Below, piece after piece: positions 50,804 to 60,719 of a DNA stretch of 64,000 bases (the first letter of the stretch is position 1; every line of letters starts with the position of its first letter). A program made the translations under genes and the position numbers. A model generated the notes under the pieces. That model was not told where the DNA came from. It saw only the letters and a list, made by a program, of their open reading frames with translations, and did no database searches. The DNA is from Lama guanicoe. Lineage: Eukaryota. The stretch spans positions 3,566,071 through 3,630,070 of the forward strand of contig MU053810.1 of NCBI GenBank assembly GCA_013239625.1, written 5' to 3'.

Positions 50804-53385
50804 AAGAGCAGAGCTGCACGCGCACGCGGGAAAGGGAAGGGCGCGGGGTCTAGAAAGGGGGGGGTTAAGTGCCCTGGTCCCCCCTGGTTTCCCTCGACTG
50901 GGATGGAATAAGGGGAGGAAATGATCGAGACGGCGCGGGGAAGGAGCCGCTTCTGATGCCAGCCCCGCCGCCGCCGCTCAAAGGTGAGTGGGACGGAGGC
51001 GGCGGCCCCACGGGGCAGCCGCACCGAGAGGCCGCCCCCGGGGAGCTCCGCGGCGGGACGCGGCGTGGGCCGGGCCCGCGCGCGCACTCGGCGGGGTCCC
51101 CGGCTTCTGGGACCGGCAAGGACAGCCCCGGGGCTGCATCCAGCCCTCCGGGCGGCCGGTCGCAGCAGCAACGAGCGGGCGGCCCCCAGGCGCAGTCGCA
51201 CGGGGACGCCCGCTTGTCCGATCCCCACAGGCGAGCAGCTCCCCCGGCCGTGGGGAAGGAACGACTGGGCCCCCCTGCCCCCTCCTCGACCCCGCAATGG
51301 CTATCAGCCCCACCGACCCCCTGGGGGAGGTCGGGGGAAGAGGAGAAACAGCTGTAATGTAGGGGGAGGTGGTGGAGGCTTCAAACACCCAGCCTTCAAG
51401 AGGTGCAGGCCGGTTAATTCAGACCGTGACTCTGTCTTGCCTTCCAGCTTCCTGGAGGGCAGTATCTTTGATCCGCTGAACCTGAATAGCCTCCTGGATG
51501 AGGAAGTGAGCCGCGCACTCAATGCAGAGACCCCTAAGTCATCCCCACTTCCGGCCAAGGGGCGAGATCCAGTGGAGATCCTCATCCCCAAAGATATTAC
51601 TGACCCTCTGTCTGAATACTTGCACTGATGAGGCCCAAGTAGTTCTTGCTTCACCACTCAAGACTGGTCGGAAGCGGCATAGACACTGGGGACAGCGGCA
51701 GCAGCAGAGGCAGGCAACTGGAGGGAACGATAGCCACTCTGTGCTTCCCACAGCCCCCCTCACTCCCTCACTCCCTCACTCCGTGGGGAGGGCACCACAC
51801 AGCAGCAGCGGCATAGGGACCAGGACTGGGACGTATGAACTCAACACAGCCGTCAGCTGCAGGGATGAGGTCGTGTCACCCCTTCCATCTGCCCTGCAGG
51901 GTCCCTCAGGCTCCCTTTCAGCCCCTCCAGCTGTCTCAGTTACCTGTGCACCCCCATCTTCCTCCTCACGACATCGCAAACATCGCAGGACTTCCAGCAT
52001 GTCAGAGGCAGGGGCTCAGGGTGGAGGCCAGGGTCCCAAGGTAAAGGGCCGAGGGAGTGGGGGAGGCCGCCACCAGGTCCACCCACTCCCTGCAGCAGGT
52101 TTCAAAAAGCAACAGCGCAAGTTCCAGTACGGGAATTACTGCAAGTACTGTGGGTACCGCAGTCCTTCTTGTGAGGATGGGCGCCTTCAGGTGTTGAAGC
52201 CTGAGTGGTTTCGGGGTCGGGACGTCCTAGATCTGGGCAGCAATGTGGGCCACCTGACCCTGAGCATTGCCTGTAAGTGGGGCCCATCCCGCATGGTGGG
52301 CCTGGATATTGATGCCCGGCTTATCCACTCTGCCCGCCAAAACATCCGACACTACCTGTCCAAAGAGCTGTGTCTGCCACCCCGGACTTCTGAAGGGGAC
52401 CCAGGAGCAGAGAGTGAGGAAGGGACCACAACCATCCGAAAGAGGAGCTGCTTCCCAGCCTCACTGTCAGCCAGTCGGGGTCCCATTGCTGCACCCAAGT
52501 GCCCTTGATTGGAGCTGACACATCCGTCTTCCCCAACAATGTTGTCTTCCTCACAGGTAACTATGTGCTGGATCGAGATGAGCTGGTGGAGGCCCAAACA
52601 CCCGAGTACGATGTGGTGCTCTGCCTCAACCTCACCAAGTGGGTGCATCTGAACTCGGGAGATGAGGGGCTCAAGCGTATGTTTCGCCAGATCTCCTGGC
52701 ACCTACGTCCTGAGGGCATCCTGGTCCTGGAGCCCCAGCCTTGGTCATCTTACGGCAAGAGAAAGACCCTTACGGAAACAATCTACAAGAACTACTATTG
52801 AATCCAGCTGAAGCCAGAGCAGTTCAGTTCCTACCTGACATCCCCTGAGGTGGGCTTCTCCAGCTATGAGCTTGTGGCCACACCCCACAACACCTCCAAC
52901 GGCTTCCAGCGTCCTGTGTTCCTGTTCCACAAGGCCCGTTCGCCCAGCCACTAAGTGTCCTCCTGAACAGAAAGTGTGCAGAAGCTGCCTGCTGCTCCTA
53001 AGGACCTGGGGGAAGAGGAAAGTATCCCAAGGTCTTTCCTTTCTGGCTCCAAAAATAGTTTCCTTTCTTGGATCTGCAAAGAAAGCTTTTCCCGTGTTGC
53101 TGCCCCAGCCTCTTCCCTACATCTCTGGCACCTAAGCAAGCCCAGCTGTGCTGGAGTTACCATCATCTTCGTCTCCCCTAGCCCGCTGGGCTGGATGGCA
53201 TGAACTGTTTGCTGACCTCCATTCTCCTAGGGCAAGGGAGGTGGGGGGGTATCAAGTTCTCTAGCCTTTTTCTCCTGTTCTCCCAGCTGTCCCGCACTGG
53301 GAAAGGGGGTTGGGTTTGGAATGTGAGAACAGCACAATAAACTTGATGTTGAGGGCAGTGCCCCCCCCAAAACCCCCCAAAACAA
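50804..53385 (+). pseudogene. MEPCE: Full-length MEPCE (7SK methylphosphate capping enzyme, BCDIN3) processed pseudogene
   Basis: ATG 50921 to TAA 52952-52954. Peptides [90 protein letters not shown]. Intronless; several frameshifts (first at codon ~6); TGA at 52799-52801; AATAAA 53336-53341; TSD AAAAACTCAGATC at 50791-50803 and 53386-53398. Confidence 0.97.
50810..51330. promoter_or_regulatory. CpG island carried in by the MEPCE retrocopy
   Basis: Very high GC and dense CpG (GCACGCGCACGCGGG, GGCCCGCGCGCGCACTCGGCGG) in an AT-rich L1 context. Promoter activity is not shown by sequence alone. Confidence 0.6.
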
Positions 53386-53755
53386 AAAAACTCAGATCTA
53401 CGTAAAGGAATGAAGAATACTGGAACTAGTAAATATGTGAGCAAGTTTTAGTAACTTTTATCCTCATTTTAAAAATAATTGACGATGCAAAACAAAAGTA
53501 ACGAGAATGTATTTGTGGATTTCACCACGTGGAGAAATAAAGTGGATGATGATAACAGCACAACAGACAGGAGGGGCTTCAGCAGAATTGCACTCTGTGA
53601 AGTGGCACATACCACTCTCTGAAGGTGGATGGTGACAAGGGAAAGAAGGATATTATGACCTCTTGAGCGGTGATGACACTAGGGAGCCAGGCAGAGGTCT
53701 GTGGAACTCTTGAGTACTACTTCCGCAACTTTTCTGTACGTCTAAAATTATTTCA

Positions 53756-53902
53756 GGGGGGAAGGTACAGCTCAAGTGGTAGAGTGCGTGCTTAACATGC
53801 ACCAGGTCCTGGGTTCAATCCCCAGTACCTTCTCTAAAGATAGATTAATAAATAAACTTTAACATCCCCTCCCCGCCAAAACAAACCTACGAAAAATAAA
53901 AC
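53756..53902 (+). mobile_element. tRNA-Ala-derived SINE (vic-1 type) inside an old L1 3' fragment
   Basis: GGGGGGAAGGTACAGCTCAAGTGGTAGAGTGCGTGCTTAACATGCACCAGGTCCTGGGTTCAATCCCCAGTACC; TSD AAAAT(T/A)ATTTCA. Confidence 0.9.
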
Positions 53903-54149
53903 AAAATAATTTCAAAATAAAATGTTAAAAAGAAACAATATAAACCAACATAAAAATAAACACTATAAACCAGATACATTTGATCTTATGTTAACTGTAT
54001 CTTTAAAAATTGATTTAACAAATAAAGGTGCTACCAAGGATCCGGCTATTTGTCTCCTCTCTGTGTGTCATGGAGTCAGTGTCATTTTCAAGGCGGTTTC
54101 CATAACCGTCTGAAGACCCCTGCCAGCTAGCTAGTTTCATCATGTCTAT

Positions 54150-54450
54150 CAGGGGAGAGGGTAAGCACTTTATAGGAAGTTCTCATAATTCCTTCACAGA
54201 GAGCCCCCAAACATCTCTTCTTGTGTCTCTCCGCACTGACTGGATCACATGCCTACTTCTGAACCAAGCTCTGTGGCCTGGAAAATAGGATATCTTGATT
54301 GACTCAAGCCAATCAGGGCTCACCCTGGAGCTGGGGGTGAGGTTATTAGTCACATCGGAAACTCGCTCCCGGGGAAGTTGGGGTTTTGTTAGAGCAAGAG
54401 TCGAAAGAAATGCATGCTGGGGAGGCAGCCACCAAATGCCTGTAAGAGAT
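54150..54450 (-). mobile_element. Old MLT1 (J/K-like) LTR fragment
   Basis: TGGATCACATGCCTACTTCTGAACCAA...TGATTGACTCAAGCCAATCAGGG...ATGCTGGGGAGGCAGCCAC motifs. Confidence 0.6.
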
Positions 54451-56011
54451 GGCTTCTTCTGGGCTGCTATGAGCAAAATATATTTTAAATTCCCAACCTA
54501 CGAGGCTCTAAAGACTGATTGTTAGTATTACTTAACTGTAGCTGTTTTATCATTCTGCTTGCTCCTTCCAGAGAAATTTCCGAAGAATTTGGATAGGCTT
54601 ACACTTGCTGATACTATTTAGATAAAATATTAGATAAACTCATTTATCTATTTTTCATCCAGTTTTGCATGACTCCCAGAAGATGGCCTGTTCCATTCTC
54701 TTTCCTCCTCCCTCCCCTACTTGACAGACTCCCTTACCCCCTTTTCCTCCTCCTCTTACTTTTCTCACTCTTCCTGTTCTCAATACCTTGTTTGCAATAA
54801 AACAGGTAGAGCAATCTTTGAGTCAAGTGCAGTAGTAAGTGCAATTTGTTTGACAGTCCTCTGCTTTCAAAGAACATGTTTGTCGTGCAGATGCAGTCTT
54901 TGATTTTTCCAACAGCTATTAAATGTAAAAATGGTTAGTGCTAATATAAAAACAAACAAATGTTCCAACTGTGAGCTCTTCCCAGTGGGAATAATCAGTT
55001 TAGAGTGAGGATTAGAACCTCTGCAAACAGAGGAATGCAATTACTGGACGTCTTCACTCACTCTTGTTTACTCAATTTTATCAAACCCCCATTGATACAT
55101 GTTTCCCCAGTGACTGTCATGGAAGAACACTGTAATTTTCCTAAGCCTGCTTAAGCGCTTCTAGCCTTGACTGAGTCTAACACTTTTGGGACAAATTTTG
55201 ATTTTTCTAGGAATAATAAGTAACCAGTTTCAGAGTTTGCCAATAATAGGAATACACATCAAATAATGTATTATCTGCAATTATGTTTTAGTTAGCATGC
55301 TATTACATAATTAGCAATTTTTTAGATTACTATAATAATCAAAAGAGCATATATTTTGATAATGTGCTGATTACATGGCCTACAGAATATCTTAACTCTT
55401 AAGGAGATGCTTGTCTTTTGAAATTCACACAGTGGAAAGTCAGCTCATCCAGCTTCTCAGCTGCAAACCACTTAACAAATCCAGAGTGAATTTTAAAAAT
55501 GCCAACCCTGCTATCTGAAGATCCTGCCATTGTGCCAGATTCTGCTGACGGAAGAATGTTTTTCACAGCTTGAATATCATTCCTGAAAAAATATCCAACA
55601 GAAAGCAGAAATATTAGACAAAGGGGAAGACTATAAACCCAAGAAAGAATGCATTATTTCCCTTAGCTATAGTGGTCTGGACTGGTGAGTCTCTGAATAC
55701 TGACTTTGCAGATTTATCCATTTTACAAGTGTTATTTTTGTTATTTATACCATTAAAACATTTTACACTAGTCACTGTTACTAATTCACAATTTACTTGA
55801 GTGTCAGGTTTTTAAATGACTGAGTACAATTTGTATATATTTAACCTAAGTTTATAAATCAAAGTAAAGAATTCTTTTTTTCCCTAGAACATAAAATACT
55901 CTGTGATATTTTAATGGGAATTGGAAAAATTAAGTGTGAGTGAGTGAAGCCAGGATGTCCAATAATTGACCTCATACACAGCCTAGTGAGAAAGCCAAGA
56001 GACTCAAGCAT

Positions 56012-56297
56012 CATGCTGTCCAAGAGGATACAGTGAGAGCCACACATGTAACGTCAAACTTGTTAGAAGCCAAAGAAAATAGGTGAGATTAATTTTAGTA
56101 TTATATTTTATTTAGCCTAATATACATAACACATAGTCAATATTAAATTATGAATAATAGATTTTGCCCTTTTTTTATACTATGTCTTTGAAATCCAGCA
56201 TGTATATGACACTTAGCAGCCCATCTCAACTTGGACCAACCACATTTCAAGTACTCCAAGGCCACATGTGGCTGGTGGATACCACGTTGGACAGCTG
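56012..56297. mobile_element. MER33-like hAT-Charlie element
   Basis: Inverted termini GCTGTCCAA...TTGGACAGC; GCCACATGTGGCTGGTGGATACC; CCACATTTCAAGTACTC. Confidence 0.75.
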
Positions 56298-57229
56298 AGT
56301 TCTGGGTAGATTCACCATGGGTTGGGTGTCTTCTGCTTCTGAGGCTTTTGGGAGACAAATGAAAGTAATGGGTTTTTAAAGATAAACCTCTTACTGAGGT
56401 CCAAAGCATATAGAAAAGTTCACAAATCCTAAGTGCCTCTGGATGAGCGTTCATGGAGGACATAGCTGTGTAACCAGAATCCAGATCATGAGATGGAACA
56501 CAAGGAGAACTGCAACAGCTCCCTCACAGTTCCCTTGGATTTTCTTACTGTCACAAATATGAAGACACTGTCCCCTCTCCCTGAAGTGGATCTACTTACA
56601 TAACTGGGACGAGGGTATTGCCGATGTGCTGAAAGTCAATCCTTGGGTGCTAAGGGCATTGTCATTTATGGCCATGAACTTGGATTATGGACCCTCACAC
56701 ATACGAAGAAATCCTCATGGCATCATGCCAGCAAAGCAGGCTTGGGAAAGCAGGACATCCTTGAGTACGTTAAAAAAAAAAGAAAGAAAGAAAAAAATTA
56801 AAGACCTATGGCTGTACTTGTCCAGGCTCTCATTTAGTTTCAAATAGAGGGTGATTTAGATTCAAACAGCTTTTAATCTGCTTTCTTTCTTCACATGGCC
56901 ATTAAATATGAGAGGAGAGTAATGAGGAGAAAATTATTCTCAGTTATAGCCACTTCGATGGGACTCTGTGAAGACCATGAACAGTTTTGATCAGGCAAAA
57001 TTGTCTCTTGGCATACGAAGAACTGGGTAGACAACATATGCTCTGGAAATACTTGGTGTAACTAGAAGCATGAGAGGCCAGAGCAAGCCTCCAAGCATTT
57101 TATGTATTTTTCTGAAAAAACAAACAAACAACAACACAAAAACCAAAAACTAGAAGGCTATCTCTGAGATTTACAGATGTAAAGTCTTTCTAGAGTCAGG
57201 CTGGGGGGTGAGGCACAGAAAGGGGACAG

Positions 57230-57460
57230 AGTGGGGATCAGCGTGAAAGCAGGAGGCAAACAGAGCCGAGCCAGGGAGTCAACCACACGCCCCTGCCCTC
57301 CGCCTGGGCCAGGAGCGCTGCTCAGCTGGACGGCCCTGCCCGAGCAGAGAGCAGTCTCCATCCACCGCCGCGCAAACCCAAAAGGCTCTCCCAGGAGATA
57401 GAACGCCTGCTTCCTGCTGTCAGCCTGAGGTCCTCCTCTTTCTTTCGGGCGCATCCTGCC
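57230..57460. promoter_or_regulatory. Small non-repeat GC/CpG-enriched patch, possible promoter or enhancer
   Basis: CCACACGCCC (KLF/SP-like), CAGCTG E-box, CCGCCGCGC, TTTCGGGCGC (E2F-like). Confidence 0.3.
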
Positions 57461-58589
57461 CAGTAGGGTGCCTTTCTTCGTGGGGGAAAGTGTCTAGGCT
57501 ATTTTCAAGCACCTGACAAATGAAGATGATAATGAGAGCCGGTCAACCACACTGCAATTTAAGCGGTTAGAGATAGACAGTGGTATTGGCGAAAACCCAG
57601 CCTTTCCATAGCTTAGTGACCATTTTGTCATAACCTGTTCTGAAGAGAATGAAATCATTTTATAATACTGGCGTCAAGGGAAGGAGGCTGAGGATTCCCT
57701 GTTACATCATTTGCTCTGTCTCACAGAGTATGATTTAACACCTGATGTATCTGAACGTGATGGAAATCCGTATCACCATGGGGTCTTGGCTCTTGGCCAG
57801 GAAATGGGCTGACAACACTAGATCAGCCAGGGAATTAAACCTTTCTAATTCCCCACAAGACCTTTGGTAATGTCGTTGTTGGACTGAGTACCTCTGAGAA
57901 ACTCTGCGCAGCTGAACAAGGGCATTAGAACATTCAAGAATAAAATAAATTAACATAATCTTAATACTTATGTGCAAAATAGATCCCTTCACCTCCCAGA
58001 AAAGAAAACCACAAGACAAAACAATGGGAGTTCTAAATTTACTTTCTGAAAAGATTTCAGCTTTGTAGAGGTTTAACTGACATATAAAATTTTAAGATAT
58101 TTGAAGTGTCCATCAGGGTGACTTGAGAGATGTCTACATTGTGAAAGCATCTCCCCCCTCCAATTAATTAACACACTCATCACCTCACAAAAAAGTCAGT
58201 GATAGCCACATAGTTAACTGCTTGTATTTAGCAAAAGGAGTGGAGGTCCAGCTCTGTGAAGGTAGTTTTCAATGGCAGCAGGAGTTTGATCATGTGATAA
58301 CCCCCAGACAATGCCTAAAACCCACCCATCTCCATTACAGCCTCCTTAATGTCCAGCTTAAGGATGGAGGAGGAAAGGGAGAGAAGGATGGCAGCCACGT
58401 GTAAAAGAAACCATGAAGTTCAACTTTCTCTGGCTTTCCCACCTACCTCTGTCCCAACCTAGCCTTTGCTCCCTGATAAAGCTCTCAAGGGTTGATGCAT
58501 CTGAGCAGACTACATAGCAGAAGTTGTACAAGAACTTCTCTTTGTGCACACCTAGGTAAGTGTGTCATTTTCATAAATTCAGACATCTT

Positions 58590-58925
58590 CTGTATACCAA
58601 CAACTCCCAGATCTAGACACACCTGGCACAGACCTTTCCTCTGAGCTTCAGACACATAAAGAGAGCTTCATGGTAGACACCTCCGAATGCATAGTTTATA
58701 CATATGGCAAACTCAGTATGTCCAGTTGAGCTTGGGGTGTCTCCCTGACAAACCGGGTCTCTTCCAGTGTTCTCTGACTCAGTGAATGGCACCACCATGT
58801 CCCTAGTTACCCAAGTCTAACATCTGGTAGTCATTCATGACACCTCTCACCTCAGTACACCAACTTCCAATCAATCACCAAATCCTTTTGATTCCAGCTC
58901 CTGCAAATCTTAAGTCCATCCACTT
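58590..58925 (+). mobile_element. L2 fragment
   Basis: CCTCTGAGCTTCAGAC...AAACTCAGTATGTCCA...CTCAGTGAATGGCACCACCAT...CCAATCAATCACCAAATCC. Confidence 0.75.
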
Positions 58926-58929
58926 GAGC

Positions 58930-59735
58930 TCAAGGTGAGGCACACAGTCCTTCAGACTGCCAGGTCTGCCCAAGACTTCTGACAGCCACCAGAAGTTGGA
59001 GAGCGGGGCTCCCAGAGCTACCCTCACTTCAGTCTAGCTGGCTATAGATACAGGGTTCCCCACAGACTCCCTCAGGTTCTATAATTTGGTAGAATGACTC
59101 ACAAAACTCAAGAAAGTACTTTTTATTACAGTAAAGAGTAAAAATCAGAACCAGCCAAAGGAAAAGATGCATGGGGCGGAATTTGGGACCGAGAGGGCTG
59201 CAAACTCAGGCTTCCATGTCCACGTGGAAGAGAGAAGGGTTCACTCCTATCCCAGTGTCCATGTGCGGGCATACACATGTGGAGTGTGGCCCAGCTAAGC
59301 AGCACACCTGAGCGCTGGTGTTCAGAGATCTCACTGGGGCTCTATTAAGTGGGCGTGTTGATGGAGTCTTAGCCACACAGGTAAACTCAATCTCCAGCCC
59401 GCTCCTCTTCTTGGCAGTCAGACTGGTATCACGTGGCTCAAAGTCCCAACCCTCTAATCATAGGGTTGGTCTTTCTGGTGTGGCCAGTCCTTGCATTAAG
59501 ACTTTTGGTGTAGGAAGGACCCCTCTGCTGAGTCATCCCTTCCCATAACCTATCAGAATGCCCACCATGAGTCATTTATTAGCATAAACTCTTAGGTATG
59601 GTTTGACGGGTCACCATGAATAACAACACATTCCTATTACTTGGGACATTCCAAGGGTATAAAGGTTAACTCCCAGGAGCAGGGACAAAGGCCAGACTTC
59701 TCTCTGAGTAAAGTTAATTCATCACTATACCGCAT
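58930..59735 (-). mobile_element. MER21-like LTR
   Basis: GGGTTCCCCACAGACTCCCTCAGGTTCTATAATTTGGTAGAATGACTCACAAAACTCAAGAAA; CCAACCCTCTAATCA; TATTACTTGGGACATTCCAAGGG. Confidence 0.65.
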
Positions 59736-60719
59736 CTTAGAACTGGCAGGTTGGTGCCTAGGACAGACAGGCTGAGTTCTTTCCCTAACTATATATAAAA
59801 GAGGCAGAGAAAAAGCAACGTATGACTTTGAAAAATAGTTTTAGTGTTGATTACAAGCAAAAAGTAGAGTTGTCTGAATTGAACTGCCCCTTGTTTCTTT
59901 TTAATTAGATCCATTTGTTTGAATTACAAGTGCATTTTCAAGTAACCATTTTATATAACTAAATTTACATGATTTATTGTATTATATTTATTTCTTATAA
60001 TTCATGGGGAAATGACTCTTTGGAGAGTCAATACAGGTCATTAAAAATAAGCAGTACACTCACATGTATCAAACTCTAGAAGATTCTGTGAAAAGTCCCC
60101 TCCCATATCCGTCCTCCTTCCATGCCTCTCCTCAGAGGATCCCCATGTTACTGTATATGAAAGAGAGAAACTCCTGACAAATGTTATGCACATACACAAC
60201 CATAAATACTCAAATACCAGAAGACTTAGATCCATGTCCTGGCTCTACACTAACCATGAAATTCTGGAGAAGTCATTTAAACTCTTAGTTACAGGGCACA
60301 TCTGCAAAGTGCCAAAAAGGATGATTAGGTTTCTTCCAATTCTAAAATAGCTCAGATGACAAAAGCTGACAACAGCAGTTTATCCCTCCATTTATTTTCA
60401 TCTTGAAGTTGAAACATCCTTCTTTAATCTACAATAGGCAATTTCATCATTTTCTTACATGGCACGAAGAACAGGAACTCACATGCTGTCTGTAACTTCT
60501 ATTTGCCTCCCCTTCTTGACGTCTATGAGCTGAAAGAATCAGAACTCTTGCGGACTATTCATGGACTCAAAACTATTCCTTGTCTTCAACTCATTGATGT
60601 CCTGAGGAAATGCAGGTTCACAATTGCCAGATCTTTAAATTTTTCAAGAGAAACCTTTAACCCAGGTTTTTAAAAGTCTCTTGATATAAAAATGTTGGTA
60701 AGCTTTTAATTATTTTTTC

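Larger units (their letters stand above)
47920..53650 (+). mobile_element. Old L1M 5' region/ORF1 hosting nested insertions (own sequence ~47920-48165, 49822-50803, 53391-53650)
   Basis: ORF1 signature at ~50295-50360 (CCTGTGGGACAATA...AAGCGGTCCA...TGTAATTGGGGTGCAGAAGGAG) and TTCTCTATCTAGCAAAAATATCCTTCAAA; pieces rejoin across the TSDs. Outer boundaries approximate. Confidence 0.75.

Noticed and set aside
51522..52508. 328-aa ORF as a functional MEPCE methyltransferase
   Set aside because: Starts out of frame and ends at a frameshift before the C-terminal part of the domain, which also carries a stop.
3399..53385. Functional link between the U6 and MEPCE copies (MEPCE caps 7SK and U6)
   Set aside because: Independent dead insertions ~47 kb apart and apparently of different ages; coincidence.
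26973..53902. tRNA-Ala genes at the four tRNA-like elements
   Set aside because: All have SINE tails and TSDs, with broken stems or an altered anticodon.
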